Sequence record: MW349129.1
DNA length: 64,000 nucleotides
Strand: one strand, 5' to 3'
In this document: positions 36,924 to 47,289 of the stretch, in pieces
How the letters are laid out: each line of letters begins with the position of its first letter
Numbering within the stretch: position 1 is the stretch's first letter
Notes under the pieces: generated by a model
Told to the model about the DNA's origin: nothing
Seen by the model: only the letters and a program-made list of their open reading frames with translations
The model's database searches: none
Translations under genes and position numbers: made by a program

Positions 36924-36941
36924 TTATATATTATAATAATG
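36924..36941 (+). promoter_or_regulatory. Putative early promoter
   Basis: TATATTATAA (36927-36936)-taa-TG, then an AAAGAG/CTCTTT hairpin. Confidence 0.6.
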
Positions 36942-36999
36942 AAGAAAGAGATTATCATAAACTCTTTAAATAAAATAAAACAAATAGGGGACGATAAAT

Positions 37000-37311
37000 A
37001 TGCGTAAAGAAAAATTAGAAAGATTATATAATGAATACGGTTTTGAAATGATGATAGAAAGAAATAAAAATGTTATCAACGACAGTGTTTTATTAGAAAA
37101 AGTAAAAAATGATAATGAAGAAACTATGTCTATAGTTGATACTTATGAAAAAAATATTAGTTTATCTACTATTCATGAAATTTTAGAATGCTATAAAATT
37201 GTAAGAGCATATCCTGGATTATCACTTAAAGAAATTTTAGTATGTTCTTATTATGAAGCAAAAAATGAAACTGTTAGTAAAGAATTAGCACCTATTATTG
37301 ATAGTTTATAA
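37000..37311 (+). CDS. Hypothetical protein
   Basis: 103-aa ORF. Confidence 0.65.
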   Translation: MRKEKLERLYNEYGFEMMIERNKNVINDSVLLEKVKNDNEETMSIVDTYEKNISLSTIHEILECYKIVRAYPGLSLKEILVCSYYEAKNETVSKELAPIIDSL

Positions 37312-37466
37312 ATGTCATAGATATTAGTCTTAATGACTAATATCTATGATCCTTTATTTTTTTTAATACACTTAAGTTAATCTATACAAGGGTTATGAAA
37401 TTGAGTAGAACATATAAGTATTCTTAAGTTCATATAATCTATATGAATTTGGAAAGGAGTAACTAT

Positions 37467-37616
37467 ATGATTACTTGGTTAATAGCTATACTAGTAGTTT
37501 TATTAATACTAGGTGTTATATTCCGTGGACCATTAGCGGTAATACCACCTATGGGATGGTCTGGAATTGTAGTTGCAATTTTAGTTGTAGTAATAGTATT
37601 TTACTTATTAAGGTAG
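37467..37616 (+). CDS. Very hydrophobic 49-aa two-TM protein (not in the ORF track; holin-like candidate)
   Basis: GAAAGGAG RBS. MITWLIAILVVLLILGVIFRGPLAVIPPMGWSGIVVAILVVVIVFYLLR. AACA-N6-TA at 37409-37420; hairpin terminator at 37621-37652. Confidence 0.7.
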   Translation: MITWLIAILVVLLILGVIFRGPLAVIPPMGWSGIVVAILVVVIVFYLLR

Positions 37617-37680
37617 ATAAAGAGGTAATGACATTAATTTGTCATTACCTCTAATCTATCGAAATTAATTCTTTTTTCAA

Positions 37681-37725
37681 GTATATATTATAAAAATGAG
37701 ATAATGATTATATTAGTCATTATCT
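37681..37725 (+). promoter_or_regulatory. Putative early promoter plus 5' hairpin
   Basis: TATATTATAA (37684-37693)-aaa-TG, then AGATAATGA/TCATTATCT. Confidence 0.65.
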
Positions 37726-37753
37726 TTTTAATAAAAAACAGGAGGTACAGGAT

Positions 37754-38044
37754 ATGAAAGAATTAACAAGTTCGGTAGAAAAGGCAGCAGGTACAAGTTG
37801 GAGTGCTTTAGTAACACATCAAGTATTTATAGGGTTAGGTTTAGTTTTATTAAGTTTAATTGTATTTGCTATTTTGTATTATGCATTTAAAAAATTAAAT
37901 GTTATGAATAACTTATCACCTATCATTGTATTGGTAGTTATTTTAGTTATTGGAATTGATTTGGCTTTATTCGGATATGGTTTAATGCATATATTTAACC
38001 CAGGATATTATGCATTACAAGAAATTAAAGAAGTCATTAGATAA
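37754..38044 (+). CDS. Two-TM membrane protein
   Basis: AGGAGGT RBS, two hydrophobic helices, NPGYYAL motif. Confidence 0.7.
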   Translation: MKELTSSVEKAAGTSWSALVTHQVFIGLGLVLLSLIVFAILYYAFKKLNVMNNLSPIIVLVVILVIGIDLALFGYGLMHIFNPGYYALQEIKEVIR

Positions 38045-38133
38045 ATGATTTCAATGTATTAATACAATAATAGATAATAATTAAAAAAGTTATTATCTAT
38101 TATTATTTTTAAAATTATAGGAGATGAATAGAT

Positions 38134-38421
38134 ATGAGAAAAGAATTAAGTGATTATATTAATAAAGAAAAATTGGATGCGTTAAGTATATCTTTACAAG
38201 GAGACGATTTTGATTCTTTAGAACCAAAGGCTAAAGAGGAAGTATTTGAAAAGTACTTAAAATTAGAAAAATTACATGTAGAATTTAGATATGAAGAATC
38301 ATTAGGTAAAATTGCAGAAGGTTTAAAAGATATTTCACGTAAAGAAACTAATTCAGATTCAAGTAATGTAGACAAAGAAGCTATTTTATCAGCTTTAAAG
38401 AATTTTGCACGTAAAATTTGA
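38134..38421 (+). CDS. Hypothetical protein
   Basis: 95-aa ORF with an AGGAGATGA RBS. Confidence 0.65.
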   Translation: MRKELSDYINKEKLDALSISLQGDDFDSLEPKAKEEVFEKYLKLEKLHVEFRYEESLGKIAEGLKDISRKETNSDSSNVDKEAILSALKNFARKI

Positions 38422-38441
38422 ATGGAGAGTAGGTTTAATTA

Positions 38442-38738
38442 ATGGAAGATAAAATAAATCAAATAGAAAATTATGTCGATGTGGATAAGTTAAATGCAAT
38501 AAGTAATTATCTTTATGGAATTGACTATAATAAAAAAGAGTATAGTGGTGTCCGTGAACAAGGAGCACTAGTTTTGGGTAGGGTAGAAAGAAAAGAAATT
38601 TTAGAATTTTATATGACAATGGATAAAAATGACATTCAACATTATTTAGCTAAGAAAATAGAAGGAATTGGAAATAAACATTATAACGCTATGAGCGAAT
38701 TTGGAGATTTAGTAAAAATAATAAAAGGATTTAAATAG
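38442..38738 (+). CDS. Hypothetical protein
   Basis: 98-aa ORF. Confidence 0.65.
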   Translation: MEDKINQIENYVDVDKLNAISNYLYGIDYNKKEYSGVREQGALVLGRVERKEILEFYMTMDKNDIQHYLAKKIEGIGNKHYNAMSEFGDLVKIIKGFK

Positions 38739-38785
38739 GAATGAAATAGTAATAAAAATAAAATAATGAAAAGGATGATTATATT

Positions 38786-39157
38786 ATGAAAAAATTCGGA
38801 GAAGTATTTACTAAAGAACAAGCAGCAAAATTATTAATTGAATTAAATAAAGACGCATGGTATCCATCAGAGCCTGGTAGTGCGTTTAGTGGACTTCTTG
38901 TTGACAAGGAAACAATAACAAGATATGATTTAGATTTTGAAAAGGAATTTCATGATATGTTTTATTATGACACAGAATCTAATGCGATGGAAGAAGATGA
39001 AGATTATATTACTATCCCTGAGGCTAGTAATGGTGTGATCGACTTTAATGAAGTATATGACATCTTGAAAGATCAGGATTTAATAAGTGGATTAATTAAT
39101 TTAAATTCAGTTATTGGTAAGAGACTTAATGAAATATTTTGGAGAGTACATGGATAA
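38786..39157 (+). CDS. Acidic hypothetical protein
   Basis: 123-aa ORF. Confidence 0.65.
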   Translation: MKKFGEVFTKEQAAKLLIELNKDAWYPSEPGSAFSGLLVDKETITRYDLDFEKEFHDMFYYDTESNAMEEDEDYITIPEASNGVIDFNEVYDILKDQDLISGLINLNSVIGKRLNEIFWRVHG

Positions 39158-39223
39158 GAAAAGACATTTTGATAGAAATGAAATAGTAATAAAAATAAAA
39201 TAATATTAATATTAGGAGATGAA

Positions 39224-40324
39224 TTGGATATGGAAAATAATAAAAATGAATTAATTAGCAGAGAGAACATTTCACCAGAGGTTTTTAAAAAGGTTGATGA
39301 CATTAATATACTTGATAAGAAAACTATTATTGAGTATGGACATGAAGTGCAAGATAAATTATCTAAAGAATCAGACAAAGTATTAAAGAATATTAAAGAG
39401 AATGATTCTAATGAAAAGATTAATAAAGTACTAGATGATATGTTAGAAGTATTTAACTCATATGATCCACAAAAGATTGATGAAAATATTAAACAGGAAG
39501 AAAAAGGTTTAATGGATAAAATTAAATCTATATTTAGTAAAGGTAAAGAAAATTTAATCGGTAAAGAATTATCTAAAGTTGATTCAGCTTCAAATAATAT
39601 GACTTTCATTGAAAGACAATTAAAAGAAAGTAGTTCTTCAGTTGATAATTCAAATAAAAACTTAGATAATTTAATCCAATCTAATAAAGATTATTATGAA
39701 AACTTAAGTGAATATATTGAAGCAGCTAAATATAAGAAATTAGAGTTAAAAGATGAAATTCAAAAAGACACTGATGAAGTTAGAAATATTGAAGATACTG
39801 GTGAAAAACAAAATCAAATTCAATTAGTATCTGACAAAGAACAAGGTTTAGATAATCTTGATAAACGTATTTATGACTTAAGTACTTCATTAGCTCTGGC
39901 TGAACAAAATGTATTTGAATTAGAAATGATTAAGAATATTAATTATAGTCTTAAAGAAAATATTAATAACTCTTTAGTAAATAGTATTCCTATCTGGAAG
40001 TCTCAATTAACTAAAGCAGTAGTACTAATTCAACAACAACAATCAATTAAAACTAATAAAGCTATTAGAGAAGCAACTTCTGATATTTTATTAAGTAACT
40101 CTAATATCCTTAAAGATAATGCAGTTCAAATGTTTAATGAATCTAATAAATCATTTATTGACATTGATGTTCTTAAACAAACTCAAAATAATATGATTGA
40201 AATGACAGAAGATTTAAAACGTATGTCTGAAGAAGCTTATAATGAAAGACTACGTGGTTATGAAGAGCTTAAAGAAATTAAGGAAGATAAAAAAGAATTA
40301 GAAAATAAGAAAATAGAAATGTAA
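39224..40324 (+). CDS. telA: Toxic anion resistance protein, TelA/KlaA family (likely start 39230)
   Basis: IIEYGHEVQDKLSKESDKVL, long coiled coils, LDKRIYDL, EMIKNINYSLKENINNSLVNSIPIWKSQL; typical TelA pattern. Confidence 0.75.
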   Translation: MDMENNKNELISRENISPEVFKKVDDINILDKKTIIEYGHEVQDKLSKESDKVLKNIKENDSNEKINKVLDDMLEVFNSYDPQKIDENIKQEEKGLMDKIKSIFSKGKENLIGKELSKVDSASNNMTFIERQLKESSSSVDNSNKNLDNLIQSNKDYYENLSEYIEAAKYKKLELKDEIQKDTDEVRNIEDTGEKQNQIQLVSDKEQGLDNLDKRIYDLSTSLALAEQNVFELEMIKNINYSLKENINNSLVNSIPIWKSQLTKAVVLIQQQQSIKTNKAIREATSDILLSNSNILKDNAVQMFNESNKSFIDIDVLKQTQNNMIEMTEDLKRMSEEAYNERLRGYEELKEIKEDKKELENKKIEM

Positions 40325-40328
40325 GAAG

Positions 40329-41504
40329 GTGTATTATTACATGTTAGATATTTTACTTTATTCATTTTCTGGTATCGCCATTGTAGGAGGTTCTGCAATG
40401 GCGATTTATAATGGAAATAAGTTAATTACAAAGAAAAAAAGAGTTTCACAAAATGAATTAAAGCTTAAAGATACAGAAGAATTAATTGATCTCAATGAAA
40501 CTAAAATAATGGAAAAATTAAACGATTCTTATAAATTAGAAAATACTTTTGATGGTAAAGAGAGATATTATGCTTTACATTATTTATTAAGTTATCCTGA
40601 AATTGAATTCTATAAAGAGATTGCAACTCATGTTTACTCAGCTGTTTTAAATAAAAAAGATAATATTGGAGCTGACTATACTAAAGGTTTATTTACTGAA
40701 GGAAAATCTTATAATGAAAGATTAGATTTATTGACATTCTCTTTAGTGTACAAAAAAGATGATAAATTTAAAATTAATAAAGACAATGGAATTATGGAAG
40801 AGTTTAAAGATTTGCTTGATACCAATATAGAAGATTTAGAAAAGTTAGAAAGAAAAGGTTTTAGGTATACAAAAGATGATTCAGATGTATTTTATAAATA
40901 TTCATTCTTAGGAACTAAAATATTAATCGGACTAATTAATTTACATGGCGATCTTTATATAGCTATTATAGATGAAAAAGAAAATGTTTATATTAAAAAT
41001 ATGAAACTCGTAGAAGAAATTGATCCTTTACAGTTCTTTGATGGAGCAAGATTTTTATATCATCCATTAGATTTCTATATATTAGATGATGGCAAATTAC
41101 AAATATTAGATTCAAATTCTTATAATTTAAATATTAGTGAAAATAAAAAAATAATATTTGATTTTAAATCTTATGATTCAGAACCTCTATTTAATAAGCG
41201 TATAAACTTATATTTTGAATATATAGAAATCGAAAAAGTACCTTTTAATACTGAAGGTTTACTAAATTATTTAAATAGTGATGTTAAAAGAGGAAATGAT
41301 GATTTTGTCTATCTTAAAGGAAATAAAGTGGAAAGAAATATAGATAAGAATCATTGGTCAAATTTAATAGAAACTAATTATATGATGAATTATAGAGATA
41401 AAAAGAAATTCATGAAAAATATTCATAATAAATTAGTAGAAGAAAAAAGAATGAAAGATATTGAAGAATATAAAAATTACTCTGAAATAGGAAGAAAGGA
41501 GTGA
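40329..41504 (+). CDS. Membrane-anchored hypothetical protein; C-terminus paralogous to 46262-46804
   Basis: N-terminal TM. NHWSNLIETN here versus DHWSNLIQTN in the 46262 ORF. Confidence 0.65.
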   Translation: MYYYMLDILLYSFSGIAIVGGSAMAIYNGNKLITKKKRVSQNELKLKDTEELIDLNETKIMEKLNDSYKLENTFDGKERYYALHYLLSYPEIEFYKEIATHVYSAVLNKKDNIGADYTKGLFTEGKSYNERLDLLTFSLVYKKDDKFKINKDNGIMEEFKDLLDTNIEDLEKLERKGFRYTKDDSDVFYKYSFLGTKILIGLINLHGDLYIAIIDEKENVYIKNMKLVEEIDPLQFFDGARFLYHPLDFYILDDGKLQILDSNSYNLNISENKKIIFDFKSYDSEPLFNKRINLYFEYIEIEKVPFNTEGLLNYLNSDVKRGNDDFVYLKGNKVERNIDKNHWSNLIETNYMMNYRDKKKFMKNIHNKLVEEKRMKDIEEYKNYSEIGRKE

Positions 41505-41511
41505 AAGTTCT

Positions 41512-42243
41512 TTGAGTAAAGATTTTTTCTCTCATAATAAGATAAATTATAATAAAAAAGATTTAGATGAAATTTACAGACAACAATCTATGGATAGTAA
41601 TCCATACGGTCATACAGGCTTTGTTAGCAGAGAAACTAAAGAAGAAATTGATAAACGCAAAATTTTAGAAAGGGAAAAATTGGAGAGTGTTTATGGCAGT
41701 ATATATAATCTTGGTTCTATAACTCCTGTAAGTCATAGCCACTATAGACAACTGGATGAGATTGATACACGTAATACTAATATAAAAGATAACTCTCGTA
41801 ATTATATTAAAAAAGATTTAGATGAAGAGACAATGAATAGAAGACTTTATAGAAACATACAGAATGTGAATACAAAAACTTATGAACAAAAATTAATGGA
41901 TATATTAGATGAAATAAGAGATAAAAAAATAACTGATGGAAATAGAGAAAGATATACTGTTGAAGTTTCAGCTATAATGTATATAACAAGTTGTAAATTT
42001 ATTCCTGAATTCACTAAAGATGATATAGTGAATGCTTATTTTGATGTAAAAGAAATGATGAATAAAAAAGATAAAGCTTTAGGTGGTAGGGAAAGTGTAA
42101 AAAGTTTCTCTTTAATATTTGCTAGAGCTATATGGTTTTTAAGAGGTAATATTAAAGAAAAGAGTATAATAACAAGTCATTCAGCACATGCAATCAATAC
42201 TAATTTTTTAATAAAAGACTCAGATGATCTTAAAGTATTTTAA
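41512..42243 (+). CDS. Hypothetical protein
   Basis: 243-aa ORF, TTG start after AAGGAGTGA. Confidence 0.6.
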   Translation: MSKDFFSHNKINYNKKDLDEIYRQQSMDSNPYGHTGFVSRETKEEIDKRKILEREKLESVYGSIYNLGSITPVSHSHYRQLDEIDTRNTNIKDNSRNYIKKDLDEETMNRRLYRNIQNVNTKTYEQKLMDILDEIRDKKITDGNRERYTVEVSAIMYITSCKFIPEFTKDDIVNAYFDVKEMMNKKDKALGGRESVKSFSLIFARAIWFLRGNIKEKSIITSHSAHAINTNFLIKDSDDLKVF

Positions 42244-42262
42244 TTAGGAGAGTGAAAAAGAT

Positions 42263-42652
42263 ATGGGAAGTTTAATAGTTTTAATTATGCTAATAGTAAA
42301 TCTACTATTAGCATCAATTTTCATTTTTAGTAACTTAGGAAAAATGGGTAAATTTAAAAATAGTTTATGGATTCCAATTGAAAGAGAAATAAAAAATAGA
42401 ATGAGATTCTTAATGACTATTAATTTTATTCTATTTCTATCATCATTAATACTATTATTTAAAAATATTATATCATCTCAAGTATCATTATTATCAATAA
42501 TTGTATTTGGAGGAATATTTATTTTCTTCTTATTTAAATTAATGAGAGATAATCAATATTTTAGTAAGAGTAATAAATTTTACAATACAATCTATATGGC
42601 AAGTTTATTTTTAGTAACGATAGATGTTTTATTATCGTTCTATAATCTATAA
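42263..42652 (+). CDS. Four-TM membrane protein
   Basis: 129 aa with four hydrophobic segments. Confidence 0.7.
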   Translation: MGSLIVLIMLIVNLLLASIFIFSNLGKMGKFKNSLWIPIEREIKNRMRFLMTINFILFLSSLILLFKNIISSQVSLLSIIVFGGIFIFFLFKLMRDNQYFSKSNKFYNTIYMASLFLVTIDVLLSFYNL

Positions 42653-42721
42653 GATATTAATTATAACAAACGTTGCTTTTGCAGATACGATTAAATAAAT
42701 ATATTATAAGGAGAGTTTAAA

Positions 42722-43813
42722 ATGAAAAAATCATTAATAACTGCATCATTACTAAGTACTGTATTACTATTGGGAGCTTGTGGAAATGAAGGATCTTCAT
42801 CAGAAGATAAAGAATCAAGTCTAAAACCAGAAAAACAAGAAGAAATTTATTCTAAAGAAGCAAAATTATTAGGTAAAGCAATGAGTGATGAAGATGCTAT
42901 GGATGATTCTACAAATAAAGTTTCAGATGATTTTAAGAAATCTTTAGACAGATATGAAGATAAAACTAAAAATTTAGATAGCGTAGATACTCAAGTTGGT
43001 GATTTAACTTTAAGAGTTGGAAAATCTATTGAAATCATGGGTGATCGTATGTATGAATTAGACAAGTTCAATAAAGATAATCCGGATAAAGAAATGGAAT
43101 ATAATTTATCAATTGTTGATGTTGGAATTAATACAGCTCAATCTTTAGAAAGTATAAATGAAGATTATGAATCAATCGATGTATCATATAAAAATGAAAC
43201 TATCGGTAAGAAAGCTAATGAAGAAATTACTGATGTTTTATCAACTTTCCCAGCATATGAACTTGATGAATTGATAGATGATTATGGAACAGGTATTGTT
43301 GAAAATGATGAAACAGAATTAACACAAGAACAACAAAAAATATTATCAGATACTAAATATCGAGATGAACTTAAAAAAGAAGTAATGACTCAAGAAGAAC
43401 CAGATACTTCTAAAAATGAATATAATGAATCTGTAAATATGTTTAATAAATTTGCACCAGAATTCCTTCATTATAAAGAAGCTGACAAAATGGTATCTTC
43501 AACAGAAAATAGCAATATGATGGATATTAGAAATGCTGTTGTAAGTGCTAATACAGATGCTGGAGTAGACAGTTATGAAGATATGGAAGAAGATGCTGAA
43601 TCATTAGATATTGATACTGAAAATATCGAAGATGAAGAATATTCAGAAGATGAAAAATATGATACTAGCGGTTGGTCTGCAGAAACATATAATGAATTAG
43701 TTGATGAATACAATATTCTTACTGATGGAGAAGAAATGGATCATGTTGAAAGAGATGTATCTGATATTGAATACGAACAGTTAGAAGAAAGAGTTGCAGA
43801 TTTAGAAGAATAA
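42722..43813 (+). CDS. Acidic lipoprotein
   Basis: MKKSLITASLLSTVLLLGA-C lipobox; very D/E-rich with a repeated C-terminal YNExVxxxN motif. Confidence 0.8.
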   Translation: MKKSLITASLLSTVLLLGACGNEGSSSEDKESSLKPEKQEEIYSKEAKLLGKAMSDEDAMDDSTNKVSDDFKKSLDRYEDKTKNLDSVDTQVGDLTLRVGKSIEIMGDRMYELDKFNKDNPDKEMEYNLSIVDVGINTAQSLESINEDYESIDVSYKNETIGKKANEEITDVLSTFPAYELDELIDDYGTGIVENDETELTQEQQKILSDTKYRDELKKEVMTQEEPDTSKNEYNESVNMFNKFAPEFLHYKEADKMVSSTENSNMMDIRNAVVSANTDAGVDSYEDMEEDAESLDIDTENIEDEEYSEDEKYDTSGWSAETYNELVDEYNILTDGEEMDHVERDVSDIEYEQLEERVADLEE

Positions 43814-43826
43814 TGGAGGAAATTAA

Positions 43827-45233
43827 ATGAAGAAAATCTTTAAAAGTTTAACTCTTTATATCTTTTTATTTATTTTAGCTTCTTTAACCTTATTTTTAGG
43901 GTTTAAGGAAGCTATTAATTATATCATATTAGGGTTATTAACTTTCTTATTAATTATTTCTTTTTACTTCTTATTAAGTTATGCGTATAATTTAATTATA
44001 TCAATATTTGGATATAAGAAATTAAAAAGAGATTATAATATTGTAGCACCTAAAACTAGATTTTTAATAATGGTAGCTGCTCATAATGAAGAGACTGTTA
44101 TTAGAGAGACTATTAGAAATCTTAAAAAGATTAATTATGACAAAAGCATGTTCGATATCTGTATCGTTTCAGATAATTCTACAGATAATACAACAAATAT
44201 TGCTCTGGAAGAGAATGTTACTGTTGTAGATACGATCAAAGGAAGATTTAAAAGAGAAGGTGTTGGAAAACCAGCAGGATTACAATATGCATTAAGGGAA
44301 TTAGGATTTGAAATTATAAAAGATAAATATGATTTAGTAATGGTATTGGATGCAGATAATTTTGTTAGTCCTAATATATTAAGGGAAGTAAATTCGCAAT
44401 ATATCGCTAAGAATAAACCTGAAGCCATTCAAGTTTATCTAGATAGTAAAAATTATGATAGTATGATGTCTTTAGCATATAGTGCAGTTTTCTGGACTAA
44501 TAATAAATTTATTCAAGCTGCTAAGTATAGACTAGGTTTACCTAATTCAATTGGCGGAACAGGATTCTCAGTTAGATCAGAATATCTTATTAATAGTGGC
44601 GGGTTTAACTATGAATCATTAACTGAAGATTTAGAAATGGAAGTTGAAATAATTAGTAATGGTGGAAGAGTTTTATGGAATGATTTTGCATCTATTTACG
44701 ATGAGAAACCAGATGGATTAAAAGTTTCTATGGTCCAACGTTTAAGATGGGCTAAAGGTCATTTTTATGTAGGATATAAAAATTTCTTTCCATTATTAAA
44801 ATTATTTGCAAAGACATTTAATATTAAATATATAGATAAAATAGTTTTCCTTATGACAATGGGAAGAAGTCTACATTTAGCACTAATGTTATTAGTCATA
44901 TCATTGCAAGGATTATATTTATATTTAAATAATAAAACAGAAATTATCATAAATAATTTTCATTATCCAACTGTATTACAGCTATTAAATGATAATTTCT
45001 TATTCTTAGGAACTTTTAATGCTATTCTATTAAGTTATAGTTTCTTATTTTTACCATTATATGCTATATATAGTAGAATAAAGAGTAAAAATATAATTAA
45101 GAATGCAATATCATTTTTATATTACGTAGCAACTGATTTTATAGTTCAAACTCAAGCAATATTTGTTTGGAAAGAACAAAAGAACTGGGTAAGAACTCCT
45201 CACGATAAAAATAAAATAAAAACAGAAAAATAA
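43827..45233 (+). CDS. Membrane glycosyltransferase, family GT2, processive type (IcaA/CesA-like motifs)
   Basis: VAAHNEE, DNSTD, GKPAGL, VLDADN (DxD), GTG, LTED, QRLRW (QxxRW). N- and C-terminal TM helices. Confidence 0.88.
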   Translation: MKKIFKSLTLYIFLFILASLTLFLGFKEAINYIILGLLTFLLIISFYFLLSYAYNLIISIFGYKKLKRDYNIVAPKTRFLIMVAAHNEETVIRETIRNLKKINYDKSMFDICIVSDNSTDNTTNIALEENVTVVDTIKGRFKREGVGKPAGLQYALRELGFEIIKDKYDLVMVLDADNFVSPNILREVNSQYIAKNKPEAIQVYLDSKNYDSMMSLAYSAVFWTNNKFIQAAKYRLGLPNSIGGTGFSVRSEYLINSGGFNYESLTEDLEMEVEIISNGGRVLWNDFASIYDEKPDGLKVSMVQRLRWAKGHFYVGYKNFFPLLKLFAKTFNIKYIDKIVFLMTMGRSLHLALMLLVISLQGLYLYLNNKTEIIINNFHYPTVLQLLNDNFLFLGTFNAILLSYSFLFLPLYAIYSRIKSKNIIKNAISFLYYVATDFIVQTQAIFVWKEQKNWVRTPHDKNKIKTEK

Positions 45234-45235
45234 TA

Positions 45236-45895
45236 TTGAATATGAATAAATTAAAGGAGATATCTAATATGCATATTAAAAAATTTAATGAACCGCAATT
45301 ACATTTTGTATCTAAAATGATTGACATAGGTTATAATAATAAAATCATTCTCTTATTATTCAAAAAAGAATTCAATGTAGAAACAATATCTGCATATATA
45401 ACACAAGTTCGTAGAGGTCAACAAGGAAAAGATATTAGTCAAAACTATAAATTTGCAATTGAAGGAGGTTATCCTACTTATTTTGAATGGATAGATTATT
45501 TAATTGAAAATGATGTATACTATAACACTAAATTTGAATTATTTGGGGAGCTTATTAAAAAGAAAATTAAAGATGATGATGAGTCTTTCATAATTACTAA
45601 AAGTAAATCATTTGATATATTAGCTTTCTTGCAAGAAACTGAAGAAGGATTTAAAGTAATTAAATCTATAGATGATTTAAATTTTGATGAGAAATTTGTT
45701 CACCGAATTAAATCAATTAGTGAAACAATGAATGGTGTAAATCTAAATTATAAAAATTCATATCTAATAACAATTGATATTGAGAATAAAGATAAATACA
45801 AAGATATAGTCAATGTATTATTTCACGCAGTTAAAGGTATGGACTCTGTAATAAATTATAATTTAGAGATTTATTATCTTGGGTATGATTTATAA
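45236..45895 (+). CDS. Hypothetical protein
   Basis: 219-aa ORF. Confidence 0.6.
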   Translation: MNMNKLKEISNMHIKKFNEPQLHFVSKMIDIGYNNKIILLLFKKEFNVETISAYITQVRRGQQGKDISQNYKFAIEGGYPTYFEWIDYLIENDVYYNTKFELFGELIKKKIKDDDESFIITKSKSFDILAFLQETEEGFKVIKSIDDLNFDEKFVHRIKSISETMNGVNLNYKNSYLITIDIENKDKYKDIVNVLFHAVKGMDSVINYNLEIYYLGYDL

Positions 45896-45940
45896 TTTTT
45901 AAAAATACCGTCATAAAGAAAGAATAAAAGGAGAGATTAA

Positions 45941-46258
45941 ATGTTTCCAACAATTTTAATACTAATGATAGTACTGTTAATAGTGCTATCATTTTATAAT
46001 CATAAATTAAATAAAGAGAATAAAAATATTGATTCAACAGAAAATATACCTAGATATGCTATGGCACACAGAAATGCTAAATTGATTTATATTAAAGCTG
46101 ATTCTAAAACATATTTAAATTCTCAAATTAATAAATTTAAAAATGATAAGAGATTTAAAGATTATGGATATGAAATTGATAAAGTTGATTGGAATGGAAA
46201 TATTGTACATGAAAGTAGAGATAATAATTTTAAATTGATTAAAGATCGGAGAAAATAA
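45941..46258 (+). CDS. Membrane-anchored small protein
   Basis: N-terminal TM; AAAGGAGAG RBS. Confidence 0.65.
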   Translation: MFPTILILMIVLLIVLSFYNHKLNKENKNIDSTENIPRYAMAHRNAKLIYIKADSKTYLNSQINKFKNDKRFKDYGYEIDKVDWNGNIVHESRDNNFKLIKDRRK

Positions 46259-46261
46259 TTT

Positions 46262-46804
46262 ATGGGATTAATAGTAATTACATTGGCATTCACTACACTT
46301 ATTCTTATTGTAATTATTCTCTTACAAGCAAATCAAATAAAAAATATTAATAAAAATAATAATAGATATTTTAACGAAGACGAATTTCATAATAGTCAAG
46401 ATATTTTTGGATATAATGAAAAAGGAATTATGGATTTTTTAAATATGTCTTTTGCATTAGTTTCAGAATATGATAAAAAAGAAAGATTATATGCAGGTCA
46501 TTACCTGTTAAAAAATATGAATGCGAAATTTTTGATATTTGATTCTAACTATGAAACATATAAAGAAGTAACTTCAAAAGAATTACTATTTAAAAAAGAT
46601 AAAAGAGAATATCTCTTTTCAAAACAAATAGAAAGACCTAAATTTTATGACCACTGGTCTAATTTGATTCAGACTAATGAAAAACTTAATATTAAGAATT
46701 TAAAAAGATTAACGAATAAATACGATAATATTCTAAAACAAAAATTTGACCTAGAACAAATTAATGAATTTAAAGATTATATGGAAGGAAGAATTACACT
46801 ATGA
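46262..46804 (+). CDS. Membrane-anchored protein, paralogous at its C-terminus to 40329-41504
   Basis: N-terminal TM and HWSNLI motif. Confidence 0.65.
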   Translation: MGLIVITLAFTTLILIVIILLQANQIKNINKNNNRYFNEDEFHNSQDIFGYNEKGIMDFLNMSFALVSEYDKKERLYAGHYLLKNMNAKFLIFDSNYETYKEVTSKELLFKKDKREYLFSKQIERPKFYDHWSNLIQTNEKLNIKNLKRLTNKYDNILKQKFDLEQINEFKDYMEGRITL

Positions 46805-46977
46805 TATTAGCGATATTATTTATCGTATTTTTTGGTTTAACTTTAATTTCCTTTATACTGACAGCTGTATTTTGGTATGATGAATTATATTTAATAATAA
46901 CTACAGTTTTGGCTATAATAACTGTAGTATTATTTGTAACTGTAGGTATATTTAGCATAATTGCTGAATATTATTAA
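46801..46977 (+). CDS. Small two-TM protein (58 aa; not in the ORF track)
   Basis: ATGA overlap with the previous stop. MILAILFIVFFGLTLISFILTAVFWYDELYLIITTVLAIITVVLFVTVGIFSIIAEYY. Confidence 0.65.
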   Translation: MILAILFIVFFGLTLISFILTAVFWYDELYLIITTVLAIITVVLFVTVGIFSIIAEYY

Positions 46978-47263
46978 GGAGTTGATATGGATGATGAAAT
47001 TATTTAATATATTTAAAAAAGAAGACAAAAGATTTAAATTGATCAGAAATAAATTTAGAGAAGAAAATATATCAGCAGTAATTAAAAAGGTTGATAATCA
47101 GATTGAAATTGAGTATTTACTATTTGGTGATAAATTTTGTTTAATGCATCCTTCGTATTATTCAAAAGAAGATACTATGCAAGTAGAAAATAAAATAAGA
47201 GCTGTTATGGCATATTATGGTTATTTAGATAATGAATATATTATGTATGCAGACGTAATTTAA
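46961..47263 (+). CDS. Hypothetical protein (likely start 46991/46994)
   Basis: AAGGAG RBS near 46976. Confidence 0.6.
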   Translation: MLNIIKELIWMMKLFNIFKKEDKRFKLIRNKFREENISAVIKKVDNQIEIEYLLFGDKFCLMHPSYYSKEDTMQVENKIRAVMAYYGYLDNEYIMYADVI

Positions 47264-47289
47264 TTATATTAAAAAAGGATGATTAAGTA

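Noticed and set aside
42700-42709. TATATTATAA upstream of the lipoprotein gene as an early promoter
   Set aside because: It lacks the N3-TG and the downstream hairpin and abuts the RBS, leaving no room for a leader. Left unassigned.
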